This document shows positions 43,307 through 58,000 of a stretch of DNA of 64,000 nucleotides, piece after piece (position 1 is the first letter of the stretch; the number at the start of each line of letters is the position of its first letter). A program made the translations under genes and the position numbers. Source of the DNA: Octopus sinensis (lineage: Eukaryota); assembly GCF_006345805.1 (NCBI RefSeq), contig NC_043013.1, positions 17,732,001 to 17,796,000 of the forward strand, read 5' to 3'. Under the pieces are notes generated by a model. That model had not been told where the DNA came from. It ran no database searches and worked only from the letters and a program-made list of their open reading frames with translations.

Positions 43307-43498
43307 AGGCGGCGAGCTGGCAGAAACGTTAGCATGCCTGGCGAAATGCTTAGTGGTATTTCGACTGCTGCTATGTTCTGAGTTCAAATTCTGTCGAGGT
43401 TGACTTTGCCTTTCATCCTTTTGGGGTTGATATAATCGGCTTAATCCGTGTGTCTGTCCCCTCTGTGTTTAGCCCCTTGTGGGTAGTAAAGAAATAGC
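43307..43498 (+). mobile_element. SINE with 15-bp TSD
   Basis: tattcatccattgaa at 43292-43306 and 43499-43513. B-box-like gagttcaaattc. Confidence 0.85.
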
Positions 43499-43710
43499 TA
43501 TTCATCCATTGAACTCTGAAGGAATGTTTTTTTTTTTTTTTCTTTATAGTCAATCTGACAGATAATTAATGTTAGGAAGGGGCATCCAGCTGTAAAAACC
43601 TTGCCAAAACAGACTGAAGTCTAGTGCAGTCCCTGTTGAACCATCCAACCCATGCCAGCATGGAAAATGGATGTGTTAAATGATGATGAAAGGCACCGGA
43701 AAAATGGTCC

Positions 43711-43743
<33 letters not shown>

Positions 43744-43768
43744 CCTGAAATCATGATTTGACACTTAA

Positions 43769-45617
43769 CCCTTTCATTACTATATTTCTGACCAAAATAC
43801 ACCCCTTATGTGTTTCAATTAATTTCTAATATAATCATAAATTTAGTCTGGTTTCATTAAACAACTATAACTTTTTTATTTATCAATATATTAACGTGAA
43901 TTTTGGAAGATAATTTAATGAAATGTTCTCAACCAATTCTATAGTATAATTTTTGTCACAAAGTGACTCTAATTGCAGGTAGATACAGGTAAATTCAACA
44001 AAATATAAAATTATTAAAATTTTGTTCAAACATCGCTATAGAAAATGGGTTATTAGCTAATATTCAATTGGGTATACAACAAAATTTTACGATAGAATTT
44101 GTTATTCTGGGTAACTTTCTGATACCCATAATTATATTTATAGCAAAATAGTCTTAATTTCATTTAAGGTTGTGGGAAACCACAAAGTATCCTTTCTTTC
44201 GTTTTGTTTACATTTAGCGTAACGGTTCATTTCCGCCGTAATGATTTCAAATAGGCTCATTTGAAAAAGTAAAAAGAAATAGTCTAAGGCTTTACTCTCC
44301 TGGGAAAGTCTGTGGCTTGGTCCAGTTTCTTCAGAAAAATCACTGAAAGAAACAGTTTCTAAATTTTCACTCCATTCAGGTGCCAATTCATTTTCTTTAT
44401 CGCTGTCGGAGCTCTCGGATTCACTGTTTTCACTATCGGAAAATGAAACATCAGATTCATTATCAAATACCACGTGCTTTTTTTTTCAGTCATAGAGTTA
44501 GATTTATGAAGGTCTTCAGTAGAAAATCCTTCGAATTCTGATTCGCAGCTTGATATAATGAAATTCGTATCCATTTTTTGTCAGAATCACAAATTTTGAA
44601 AACACAATAGGAACAAATTTCGGAAAAAAATCTCCCAAAATTCAGGGAATTAAAATTACACTTCGATTTTTGTACAAAACTGTAGTTACGAAGTATAATA
44701 CGTATTTTCACGAATGTACTAAAGAGATTTGCTCTGATATTCTCACTTAAATATGAATAGGTAAATTCGGGCGGTTTGGTCACATAAACAATCCTGAAAC
44801 AGCGTCCACCTACTCCCTCCACTAACACTAGTCTCAAAAAGTCTTCAAGTGAACGTGACCTGGGTGTTATTGTCGACAGTGATTTGCGTTGGACAAAACA
44901 CATCACCAAAATTGTCAAGAAGGCTGAGGGTGTCTTGGCATCACTCACCAAATCCTTTGTGAGCCGCTCTCCGGCTATCTATCTGCGGCTTTATATAGCT
45001 ATGGTAAGACCTCACCTGGAATTTGCATCACTGGTCTGGAACCCCTATCTTGCCCAGGACATCAATCGTCTGGAAGCTGTTCAGCGACGTGCAACCAAAA
45101 GAATACCCTCCATCAGGCATTTGCCATATCCTGAACGCCTTACTTCCCTGGGCATGGACACATTGAAACTCCGTCTGGCAGCTGACCTGGCAGACACCCA
45201 TAAAATTATCAACCATCGCACAAACAATAACTCTGAGCACCTCTTCAAACTCCACCCATCTAACACCCGTGGACATATTTACAAAGTAAGAAAACAGCAC
45301 AGCTCCCATGACTTCAGGAAACATTTTTTCACGCTGAGAGTTGCTGAAGCATGGAACAAACTGCCGGCATCGGTTGTTAGTTGTCGGAGCACTGCATCCT
45401 TCAAGACTTCCATGCTTCCTGAGATTCGCCAACACTATACTTGATTTTCTCCCCTCCATACACACACAAGCATGTTCACTTTCCAGACATTTTTACATTA
45501 CTGCATGTACTTTATATGCACTTTCTGACAAGTTGTGGCGCACCTGAGCACTGTATACAATAATTTCATTATTATTTTAAACCAAAATTTTTTTCGGGCG
45601 GTTTGGTAACGAAAGGG
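43769..45617 (-). mobile_element. Non-autonomous piggyBac element retaining the transposase N-terminus and hosting a CR1 insertion
   Basis: TTAA|CCCTTTCATTAC ... GTAACGAAAGGG|TTAA. Minus-strand ORF pieces (44138-44574) show an acidic N-terminus and FSEETGP...ALDYFFLLF...IITAEMNRYA...WFPTTLNEIK, typical of PGBD4-like transposases. Confidence 0.9.
44800..45576 (+). mobile_element. Short 5'-truncated copy of the CR1 LINE, inserted in the piggyBac element
   Basis: Near-identical to 41128-41895, with an (ATT)n tail. Confidence 0.93.
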
Positions 45618-48600
45618 TTAAATGGTTACACATTTGATGGGGAGAGTATAGTTAATGAGATCAACCAGTACTTGACTATCACTTTGTATTCACTCTGTAT
45701 CCTCAGCAGCATTTGTATTCACTTGCTCTACTGATTTCTGATATTGGGCAGAAGAATCAATGGTGGGTCTGGCTGTAGGCATACCGTCTGGGAAGAGGCA
45801 TACCAGTTGGCCAGAGACTGAGATAAATGGCAATCGCTGCTTGATGTACCACTCAAAGGCACCAATGGACCTAAAGAAGTATTTGTCAAGTAACATTAAT
45901 TCATAAAACTGAGAAGGTTGAAAAGTAAAGTTGACCTCTGGGATTTGTGTGTAAATACATACAGATATGGATGAACATCTCAGTAACTTGCCTGTCTGAT
46001 GTATATACATTATGTACGATACATAGATGCGTGATTTTAATTTAATACTGCTTCAGTGCAGGCATGGCTGTGTGGTTAAGAAACTTGCCTTGCACTCTTG
46101 TTTTTTGGGTTCAGTCTCACAGTATGGCTTCTAAGGCAAATGTCTTGTATTCTAGGGTTGACCAATGCTCTGAGATAATTTGGTAGATGGAAGCCTGTTG
46201 TGTGGTGTGTGAGTGCCTTCGGGCCTTCCTCCCCATAACTTAGCAGTTTAGCAAAAGAGACCAAGAGAATAAGTACCGGTCTTAAAAAAATAAGTAATGA
46301 GGTTGATTTGTTTGACTGTAACCCATGAAGGCAGTGGTCTAATGACTGAAATGAGTAAAAGAAGATACACATATATGACATCCGACCCGTACAAGCAAAG
46401 TAAAGAATGTTAAAGACAACAAAAACCCGGCAGTACATTTTTATTTTTAATTACTTTATTCTTTCTCAAGTATAACCATTTCAATGGTTCAATCATTAAC
46501 AACAAATTGTTAATGATTTTCATATTAGTATTATAATTGATTTTCTTTATTAATAATAATGTGGTCATAGAAAGAGGGACAGTGCTCATAGCATTAGCAG
46601 GTCCTTTTCTGGACTTGTGGAGGGTGAAGTTGTGCAAGGTTGGATGAGTAGTTTGAAATGTGAAACTATATGAATGACAATGAATGAAGCTTTATAGTAT
46701 TGTTGATATCAATGTATAGTGACAGTATCTAAATATAGTATACATATCAATACATGTAGTTTATATGTGTGTGTGTATATATGTATATTTTAATTATCGT
46801 TAGTTAGAAGATGAAAGTTGCAGTACCTGAAGTTTTTTTAGTCTCTTCTCTGAGAGTGAAGGTGTAGAATGGGGTTGGGAAGGGTTAAAAACATGGGGAC
46901 ATTAAGTGAAGTGATGTTACTTCAGTTAATCTTTATTAAAGGGAAGGGATCGGGGCAGTGATCAAAGCTTCAGAATGTTTTTGTAGTCCAGGGTTGTGGA
47001 AAAGTAAGGTAGGATTGCATGGTTAGTTGGTGTGGGGGAAGTTATGTAGAGAAGTGTGTGTGTCACAGTAGGGTCTGGGTTGGGACGGCGCTAGTTGGTT
47101 GACCAAGCCATGTGGTGAAACAAGTTGACAAGAGAAACTTCTTTACAAAAATAAAGAGGTATATAATAATAATAATAATAATAATAAATCATTTTAACAA
47201 TGGATCAAGTGAAATCAAGTAAGTTGTATAATTAACAGATGGAATAAATTGAATGAGCTGGAGGATTTCAATTGTTGATAGGCTGGTTTGTTTAATTAGA
47301 AATCTAATTTAGATTCAGTTAATTTATTCCCTCACACTTTGTTTCCCAATGAACAAACTGTCTTACTGATTGAATCCAATTCAGAATAAAGTGTTTACTC
47401 AGACTTGTGAGTCAGGCTGAACAAAGAATAAAGGCTTGTTTTAATTAAGAGAACTAAATGAAATAATGAAGCATGAAAAAAACAAACAAAAAAAAACATC
47501 ATTTGTATACACATAAGTTGTGTACGTGTGTACACACAAACACAAATCTTCATACACACACCTACAAGCATACATATAGTGTTGAAAATACACCAGATCA
47601 ACTAATGTTTGTTCCAAAGTTTTATACATTTACATTCATTTATATTTAAAACAGATTTTACACACACACACACACAGAGATAGACATTACTGGTTGCAAA
47701 GCTTACTTCCCAACCATGTGATCTCTAGTTCAATCCCAACGTGCAGCAGCTTGAGTAAATGTCTGCTACTTGACCAAATACTTGTGAGTGAATTTGGTAG
47801 GCAGAAAGTGAAAGAAGATTGCCATGTGTGTATGTGTACTCTTGGCTAGACATTACGTGATGGTTGCAAAATGAGCATCATTGTCATACAAATGATGTTT
47901 GTTTCTAGTCTTCCATAGAAAAACATGCCTAGCTGTGGGAACAACTGAGGGTCAGCAACAGGAAGAGCATCTGTCTTAGAAAATCTACCTCAGCAAATCC
48001 CATCTGACCTGTGCAAGCACATAAAAGTGGATGCTAAAGGGTCGAGTGTAAGAAATGCACCCCCAAGTCTGGAAAAAAAAAAAAAAAAAAAGAGGGAGGA
48101 AAATACACCTGTGGATGTGTGCCTCAAGGTTTGCAATGTTCATTTTGGCCCAAGTTTATTTTAAATAATTCATTTAAATGAAGATGTATTACGATGACAT
48201 GGTTGATGCTCAGTTGGAGTATATCAGATTGATTGATTTTGATCAGAAATACGAACGTACAAGGAGAGATTCTCCAGGCAGTTACTGTTGTGGGGGAAAG
48301 AAAACAGAATTGGGGGCAAAGGGTTGAGTACCAGATCGGGGAAGAGAGACCAGAGACAATAGAAGAGAGTGGAAAGAAATGGTGACACAGTAGAGCAGGA
48401 ATTCTCATTGTGGGGGATATGCTTCACTGGTGGATCCTGGGAAAATTGTGATGGGGCATGGAATCCAAAATATCAATTTTCTAGTAGGACTTGGAATTGT
48501 GAAAACCTTTTTCTTTTTACAGCAAAAGCACCAACTGATCGTGGTTGTTTGCCAGCCTCCTCTGGCCCCTATGCTGGTGGCATGTAAAAAAACACCCACT

Positions 48601-50731
48601 ACACTCACGGAGTGGTTGGCATTAGGAAGGGCATCCAGCTGTAGAAACTATGCCAGATCAGACTGGAGCCTGGTGCAGCCTCCTGGCTTCCCAGACCCCA
48701 GTCGAACCATCCAACCCATGCTAGCATGGAAAAATGGACATTAAACAATGATGATGATGATGCTATATCTATACTCAGCCTAGTGAAACCAGTCACTCCA
48801 GCCAAGCATTATGTTTGCTACAGTAAGGTGCTATTCTAATGCCTTAGGATGGATATTTCTTTAAGTATATAATTATGAAATATTAAAAATAGTTTTTTTT
48901 TTTTTCTGACCACCGGTAGTGCATACATTTTTCTGATAAGTTATAAGAGGAACCTGGGGTGGGGGGACAGGTTGGGGAAAGAAATGATGACAGAAAGCGA
49001 GACTGAACAGGAATGGAAGAAAAATATGCAAAGTTGCTGTTGTTCAGAAGAGTAGAGGTTTCAACAACAGAGGAAGAGAGAGAGAGAAGTGGGGGAATCA
49101 GTATAACTGAGTGTGTGTTGTATTTTAAAGATTGGATTAAACATGGTCTTAGTAAGCTGACATTTGCATTAATCCACGTTTTTTCAGACAATGAAATGCC
49201 CGAGCTTTGGAACAAATTAACAGTTAACTAATCAGGCTGACATATAGGGCTGTGTGTATTTTCAACACCACATAGGTCAAAGTCAAAATCAACATAATAT
49301 TATAACTGTGTCTGCATACATACACACACATAAAATGTATATGCATACACACCCACAGGGCAACAGCACTGCCTTATCTCCTTATAGACAGGAATGAATA
49401 GTTCTCCCATGCAAATGTATGAAGTTTGTTAAAACGATAAAAAAAAAAAAATGAAAAATAAAAAAATAAATGAATCCTTTTAGGCCTTTCTCCCCACCAA
49501 ATGACCCTTACCTTTCACTGAAGTACTTAATCCTAAATGCTCACTGGGCAGATTAATTTTAATGGGTTGTTAATTATACACAATTTATTTTGCCCCCCCC
49601 CCCCTAAAACAAAGAATTTAGCCAACTACTTTGAAGCAGTGTATTACTGGTATCTTAATCACCACCCTGGCCCCTACACAGCTTTAGCAACGGAAATTAA
49701 TCAAATACAAAGTCAGTTGATTTTGGTAGGATTTTAATCTGAAATGGTTTGGTAACCGAGGAAAGCAGCAGCAGTTTTATAATTGTTGTTGTTGTTGTTG
49801 GTGTAATAGCAGAACTGATAGAGAGCAACTTAACAACATACAGCTTCCTATCAGACATCGAGTAACTAAGTTCAAACCTGACATCAATATTTGATATTTA
49901 AGAGGTTGATAATATTAGATACCAGTAATGTCATGGTTTAGTTCAATCAACCATACCTCTTACCTATAAATTTTTTGCCTTGTACTATCAAAGTTAGAAA
50001 CCTTCCTTATTAATTAGTAAAAAAAAAACAAGATCCTTTTCATTATGATTTTTACACCACTCCTACACAATGCATATTTTTTATTAAATAATACTTTATT
50101 ATTTCTGTTTCAAACTGTCTACTTTTCTTAAGCTGTATCAAGTTTAACTGCTGAATTTGTGTTCAGCTCACAGACACACCGAACCAGGTTTAAGATGATA
50201 TGAGAAATAATTTCCTAATTAATTAACGACTTAATAACTGTGATGTTCTTTGTCCCCGTTAAACAAGCAGAGCTATGATCAAAGATGTTCCAACTAGAAA
50301 CATTGTTAAAAAGTCTATGTGTGCCCGTCCTACAGCAGAATGTGATTTGAGGGAGATTTGGCAGCCATGCTTAGCAGGTAGAATGACCTTGTAGAGGTTT
50401 CCTAATTGGTTTGGCAATAAGTTAATTAATATTGCATGGTAGTTAGTTAATTAAAAAAAAAAAATTGAAGTGTTAAAAAGAGAAATTTCTGCAGGTTTAT
50501 AATGCTGGTTAATTAAAGATTTAAAATTTTGTTTGCATGTATGTTTTTCTCTTTATTTTTTAATTTAAGTAAAACGGTAGGGTGAAAATGTTGAAATGAC
50601 AAAAAAAGAATAATATCATTAAAAAAATTATTTTGCTGGAAACAAAAAAAAAAAAAAAAAAAAACAAAAACAGTGAAAGTAATCATTTTGAATTTAACAT
50701 AAAACAAATGAACATGTATGTATATGTGTTT

Positions 50732-50765
<34 letters not shown>

Positions 50766-51168
50766 TACACACACATACACTCATAGAAGTTATGAATTGA
50801 AAAACTGATGGTAAAGAAACAAAATACATGTGGAAAAAAAACAATGGATGGTAAAAATTAACAAATGATTATAAAAGATTTTTTTTTTTTATAAATCAAA
50901 CCCCCACCAGAAACAAAAAAACGAAAAACAAATGATACCAAAAACTATCTTGGAAGTGTTCACCAAACAAGATCAGAAGGCAATGAATAATTAATATTTA
51001 ACATAAACGGGGGTGAAATTTTCTTTTTAAACTAAAAGAATAGCAAAATCCCGCCCCAAAACTTCTTTTGTTCTTTGTTTATATTTATTTGCTTACATAT
51101 TTTTTTGTTATATTTTTATTATTGTTATATAATTCTTTCCCTTTTTATTTTTTTTGAAATGATAATTT

Positions 51169-52011
51169 TCATTTCTCATCAGTTTTTTTCTTTCGATTAG
51201 AGTCCATAGTTTTCTCATCTGAAGTGAGGCTTTTGCGTACTAGGAAGACATTACCATCACTAGACTGTTGTAAAGAGTACTCCTGTGGATCATAAGAGTT
51301 GCCATACTCATCGCGGAGGGACCTGAACACTTCATGATAGCGGACATTATATTTCTCCTTCATCTCTCGAGTCTGTTTATGAATCAGGTTCCCCTCGCGA
51401 AGCAACCGGTCACGCTCATGGCGCATCTGGATCACTTCTTCCTCCAATGTACCAATAATATCAAGCTTTCTTTTCCGGCAATTCTGTGCTGCCACTTTAT
51501 TTTTGCCTCGACGACGTATATCCCTAATGAGCCTTAATTGTGGCTCAGGTAACGGGTACTTTCGGACCAAATCATTGAATTCCTCGACTGAGGAATTGAT
51601 TATCTGGCTCATACTTAAAGGGACTTTCAACTCCTGGAGACGCTTATGGTCTCTTGAAGTTGGACCTCTGTGGTAGGCATGGGCGGTAGCACTGCTGCTG
51701 TAGGTTTTACTCCTAGAAATACTTGATACTGAAGGCTCATAACTAATGTTCTGTGTTTGAGGTTGCTGTGGGTAAGTATGGTTGTGCAGAATGTGGTTTG
51801 TGTTACTTGGCTGATAGTTGAAGTCGGTGTCATTTGAAGATGTTGACTGATTGAGCTTGGTCGACTGTTGGCCATGTCTCATAGAGTCATAGCTACAGTA
51901 GTAGGTGTTTGGTTCCAGTTTCACCGATTTGCAGCCACTACTGCAGCTGTCATAGTCACTGCCACCGGTCGCACCTTCCAGTTGGTCGTAGGCAGAAAAC
52001 TCATTAAACTC
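51169..52011 (-). CDS. cnc: cnc terminal exon encoding the CNC, basic and leucine-zipper domains
   Basis: Acceptor tttatcatttaag|gag. SRDHKRLQELKVP...EEFNDL...DIRRRGKNKVAAQNCRKRKL. Confidence 0.96.
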   Translation of the reverse strand, partial: EFNEFSAYDQLEGATGGSDYDSCSSGCKSVKLEPNTYYCSYDSMRHGQQSTKLNQSTSSNDTDFNYQPSNTNHILHNHTYPQQPQTQNISYEPSVSSISRSKTYSSSATAHAYHRGPTSRDHKRLQELKVPLSMSQIINSSVEEFNDLVRKYPLPEPQLRLIRDIRRRGKNKVAAQNCRKRKLDIIGTLEEEVIQMRHERDRLLREGNLIHKQTREMKEKYNVRYHEVFRSLRDEYGNSYDPQEYSLQQSSDGNVFLVRKSLTSDEKTMDSNRKKKTDEK

Positions 52012-55000
52012 CTTAAATGATAAAAAAAAAAGAAAATTGATAAAAATTAGGTATTTCTTAATTTAGCATGCATAAATGTTATTTTTAAAAATCTAAATTT
52101 CTTTATTATCATTTTTATCAGAGCTGTGTGGTAACTCCCGTGGAATATCTTTGTAAGAGGACATAAATTAATACAAAGGTGAGAACACAGATAAATCTTA
52201 TAATAAGAAATGATAGGGTTTTATGTATGGATGTCTATGTATATATGTGAGTGTATGTATGTTATATGTGTGTGTGTGTGTGTGTGTGTGAGTATACACA
52301 CACACACACACATACACTATTTCACCTGTGTGTAAATCCAAAAGTTCACACACACACATTTGGATCTACACACTGGAGAAATAGTACCATTTATATGTAA
52401 CAAAGTTTAGTTATTCAAAACTGACAACCTACACTGTTGCTCTTACAAATTTCTGGGTATGTGTTCTCTCTAAAGGCCAAAGGTGTTCTAACCATGACCA
52501 CCCCATATTCTTTTTCTGATGTAGTATATCAATGATTACATTATCTAAGCTGCTCTTCCTTTTTAAAATGGCATGGTTTGGCGAGAGAGATTTGATAACT
52601 ATTTCTAGCCATCTTTAGTCACTATACAGACACTCCCATCACCATAATATTAATACAATTGTATTTGCATCTAAAATAACATCATCATCATTTAACGTTT
52701 GTTTTCCATACTGGTAGGGGTTTGACTGTTTGACAGGAGATGGCCAGTTGAAGAGCTGCCTGGGTTCCATGTCTATTTTGGAATGGTTTCTACAGCTGGA
52801 TGCTCTTTCTAATGCCAATCAGTCTACAGAGTGTACTCGTTGATTTTACATGGAACAGGCATGGGTGCATTTTATGTGGTATTGGTAGCCACGAGCCTGC
52901 AAAATTAGAACCACTCAGCTGAAGAAAGGGATGGAGGGGACATACCTGTGTGTAAAGACAACCACAATTTTACTTAGCTTCATGTGTCTTTTCAAGCACA
53001 GCAAACCATCAGAAGTCTAAGTCATCTTTTCTACGAGACCCAATGTCTGAAGATCCTTTCTTCCCACTTCAACTCATATACACACACTCATGTATTAGTT
53101 CGTAAGAACTGACATATAAAATACTCAGTCTGTGTGCTAGAAGCAGTAGGATGTAGGGAGAAATAGCTTTTCGTCCCCTTAAGTCTTACATTCAAATCCT
53201 TTTCAGATTGTTTCTCATTCTTTTTAGATTAATATTAGAAAAAGTAATAAGTGGTGCATGGGGTCAATAATACAGGTAGAAATCCCTAGTGGGTGGCACC
53301 CCATGATGGCAACTGTCAATGAGAGAAACAAGTAAAAGAATAAATATAAAAAAGTACCTGTAGAGGGGAAGCGGAACTGGCCAAAGAACAAACAGCTGAG
53401 TCTCTACTGGCATCATCGAAAGATACCAGATCTAGAAGAATATAGAAATAAGGAAATATATAAAATATATTAAACTGAAACAGAGAAAGAAGGATGGAAA
53501 GGAACATTAATAACAAACCAATCAAAATATGGTAAAGATCTAGTGTAAATATGAATATTGTAAATATAGTGTGGATTATAATATAGTGAAGATATAGAAA
53601 AAGAGTGACTAAGATCTTAGTGTTTAATGAACTCATGTTCAATATAGAGAACAGGAATAGTTAAGAACTCAGCACTAAATGTACTGAATGGAAATAAAGT
53701 ACAAAACAATCCAAGCAGGAAGAATGAGTGAGGGAGACATGAGAAATGGAAGTTGATCTTTAGGGGTCGAACTTTATCAAAGAGATAAGGGATTGTAATA
53801 AGTGGTAAAAAAATCTCATTCAACCCATGTAACACAGAAAAAGCAGATATATTCTAAAGATGTTAATAATCCACACCATAGTGTAAATTTTTCCTCCTTA
53901 GCTATGAAGGAGAATTTGACAGCAGGATTGTAAACTGCATAGACATACCTGTGTTCTAATTTATTTTCTTTTGATATTTTGATGCCATGAATTGGTATAC
54001 AATTGACTAATGTTGACTACCTCACCCCAGCTGAATAGAACAATAGAATATTACAGCTTTCAATACAGCCCGAATAGTAGCATTCATAAATCAACCAAAC
54101 TGTAACATCAAATGTCTAGTTACTGCATGACAGTTGCCTGTCTGTCTGTCCCACTATTAAGGATGTGACTGGATACAGACTGATGGACAGATGAAGAGGA
54201 GAAATATATGCATACATCCACACTCCTACATTTGCACACACACACATTCATACAACATGCAGGTAAAAGAGCATGATCACTACTTCAAAGAGGCCCTACC
54301 TTCAGTTGTATTGGGTAAGTCAATGTTTGTCATCATGTTCTGTTGTATTGCTGGTAAAATCTTCTCCATCTCCATCATGGACTCGCTTTCATTGATGCTG
54401 GTGGTCATATTCGGGAAGAGATAGTTTTGGTTGTCCCATTCTGGTGGATTACAGGAACTGTGGTTGTTGATGGTCGTGCTGCAGTTTGCAGTTGATACAG
54501 AAGCATTTAGACCTTGATAAAATAGGGGAGAGAGAGAAATATAGGATAAAGATCTCAATAGATTTCCCTGTGTGTGGTGGTCTGAGTAACAAATAATTAA
54601 GGGGAAAACAGGGTTATTAAAACATACAAAAAAAAAAGATCTCAAAGTTATAAGAGAACAATTTTTTTTTTGTGAGGTGAACTTATTGTATCTTTCCACA
54701 GTAGGAAGAAAGCAAAAAAAAAAAACAAAAATAACTTTGGAAAATATTCATAAATAGAGCAAGTTTTAGTTTCAGAATGCTGGTTCTTGTGGAAGAGATG
54801 AGAGTAAAGCATAATGAATGGTAGTAAAGTTTAGCTCTTGTGTTGCCATATTTCTGTTGAGATATTCTGTCTGTTTCAATTAATTTTGAAAACAATGAAG
54901 AATTTAGGAAAATAACTAATTATTGAGGTGGTGTTTAGAAACTAAATTAACATGAAATTCTAATATTCCCTTGTTTTTGTACTGTGAGTCTAATTATCAA

Positions 55001-58000
55001 CATTGCTACCATAATTACTGTTTTAAAGTCAGTTTTCTTCATAAAGTCATGGGTTGGAAGAATCCACAACCCCATGTGTCTTGATCCTGCACAATCTCAT
55101 CTGTAGGGCCCGATACCTTCACGTCTGATTCATCTTGCATCCCTATTTTACTTTGCTGAAACAAAATGATACGTAACTATATACCACAGAATCGTTTTCT
55201 GACACTCAACCACTTATGTTGTGTCTTTGCTCATTATGAGTGAGCATCTATAAGGCTGCTCAACTTGCTAGAAATAACAGCCAAGTCTACCTTCAATCTA
55301 CCTCCTTCTCATATTTTAAACCTATTGTTTAAAATAAGAGAACATATAAATAAAAGTCATGTATTTGAAAAAAAAACAAAACAACAAAGAGAAGGATGGT
55401 CATAGTTGGAATGCCTCTGATCAAAGACCAGCTGGATCGTGGTTGACCTGAAGCTAAACAACAATTATTGTTTAAAAAAAATACAAAAGTATTAATACTT
55501 ACTTGTGTTCAAATTATTCCCACACCCAATGTCACCAGATGGAATTGGAAGAGTTGCATTTTGAATGAGTTCTGGACAATGAGTTGAATTATCTGCACTG
55601 GTGCCAGCCGTAGTCATTTCCAAAGAACCACTGATTTCTCTCCACCAATTATCAAGACTGTTCTGACGTTCACAAGATGGCAGCTGGAGTAGAGAAACAA
55701 ACATAAAAAAACTACTGCAAAACACCAACTGCACACATAATACAGTGTATAAGTAAACAGATGTCAAAACAACAGACTAGCAGAATCATAAGGAGCATGG
55801 AATAAAATACCTATTTCTTTATTACCCACAAGGGGTTAAACACAGAGGGGACAAACAAGGACAGACATAGGTATTAAATCGATTACATTGACCAAAGTGC
55901 GTAACTGGTACTTAATTTATCGACCCCGAAAGGATGAAAGGCAAAGTCGACCTCAGCGGAATTTGAACTCACAACGTAACGGCAGACGAAATACCGCTAA
56001 GCATTTCGCCCGGTGTGCTAACGTTTCTGCCAGCTCGTTGCCTTTTATGGAATAAAATACCTTGTAGTTAGCTAAGGTGCTTTACAATCCTGAAGAGATC
56101 AACTTTACCTTTCTTCCTTCCAGGGTCGATAAAACAAAGTATAATTCAAGTACTGGGATTGATTTCATTAACTAACCATTCCCACCAAATGGTCTTGTGC
56201 CTACGTCAGAAACATCATCATCATTTGGATTGGAAATGCTTTGCAGTATTTGTTCACATTCTGCCAAAATCAACTTTGACTTTCATCCTCTTGTGGTCGA
56301 TAAAATAAAGTACCAGTCAAGTACTGGAGTAGATGTAATCGACTTGCCCCTCCCCCACCCTTAAAATTGCTGGCCATCTACCAAATTTAGAAGAAATCAT
56401 TATTGCCAGAGTTTTACAGAAAATGTAGCATTATACTAAAGAGCTTCTTACAGTTATCTCCCTTTACATTTAGAATTTCTCCCATGATTATTAACTTTAC
56501 TACAATCACCAAAACTGAAAACTTGTGCCTCTTCTAGAAATGCTAATATATTTCAATGCCATAACAATATTCCTTTATTTTTTTGCCTCTGCTTTACAAT
56601 AACTTAAATTCGTCCCTTCTTTCTTTTCCCTCCTTTGCCATCTCATTTTCAAATAAAGTTCACTGGAACAGAAACATTGATGGAAAATTCTATTGAAGGA
56701 AAACTCCCCTTCTTTTCTCTTGCTATCTTTCCATTGCCTTTCCCCACTCTCTTTCTCCTTTACTCTTCCTCTGATGTTCCTTTTGAAAAAGCATTCATAA
56801 TTTTGATAACCAGAAATTCTTTTATGCTTATGATTTACATTCATTGCAACAATTGTAAGAGTGAAACGATATGAAGTGAAGAGATAGATAGATAGAGAAT
56901 GAGCGCAAAAGAGAGGAGAGAGAAGTATGAAGATAGAATGTGAAGGAAAGAGAGAGAGAGAGGTATAGAGAAAAGGTTGGAGAAGAAGAGAGTGAGAAAG
57001 AAAGAGGAAACAGATAGGCTGAGGTGAGAGACACATACGCACAACAAAAAGAAGGCAAGAAGTCAATTTAACAAAAGAGAAACAAAGAAGCCAAGAAACT
57101 CACAGTCGGTTGAGAATGTTCTTGAAAAGTGTTGTGAATCGGTGTGTTGTATTCAGTACATTGGTTGAGGGCAGTAGAAGTGGTAGGACAAGGCAATAGG
57201 TTACAGTTGAACTGCGATGGTAGAATTGGTTCATATTGTTCCGTTGTGGCATTGCTGAAGTTGGCAACTGGGCAGTTGGCCAGGTACTGTTCCAGCTCAA
57301 AGACGGTTTGCTCACTGGTGTTATTCTTATTTGCATCGATGTCTAAAGTTTGCAGGGCCTCTTCTAGTGTAGAGTTCTTGAGACACAAATCAAATTGAGA
57401 GAGAGAAATAAAGTGTTATTTCGAACATACTCAAAGTAAAATAGAAGAAAATCAATTATTTAAAAAGAAAATTAAGAGGGGTTTGTTAACTAGCCCTTTT
57501 GAAATGAAGCCTATTGATGATTTTATACTGAAAAAGTCTGTTTTCGTGAAATATATTATTTCTTTGACTGGTAGAGACTCCTTAACCAACACGATTTTTT
57601 GGTTACAAATGCACTTTCTTTTGTGTTTTTCTCATCTCTACAATAGTCTCCACCTTCTGAATTAGTTCTCTGGATGCCTTCTCTACCAAGTCTTTTTATG
57701 AACACTATGCCCAATCCAGTATCCCCAGAAATGCAATCTTCTGAAACACTCTTCCATGACATGTACATGTTCTTCCTGCAAATTTTGACTTATGAGAGAG
57801 AGAGAGACTGTGCAGAATATGATATTAGTTCAAATGGTCAATTCAGAAACCATTTCCTTAGATGTGAAATGTTGGTGTCAAACCAACTTCAGTGTGGTGA
57901 TAAAATGTAAAAGCTCAAGGTTTGAGAAAGTTGACAATAAAATAACTTACCAATAAATTTGAAGTTTGGTATTGGCAAGAATTGGTCTGTAAATTCGTAA

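Noticed and set aside
56575-57066. 163-aa and overlapping hydrophobic ORFs
   Set aside because: They arise from low-complexity GA/CT-rich intron sequence.
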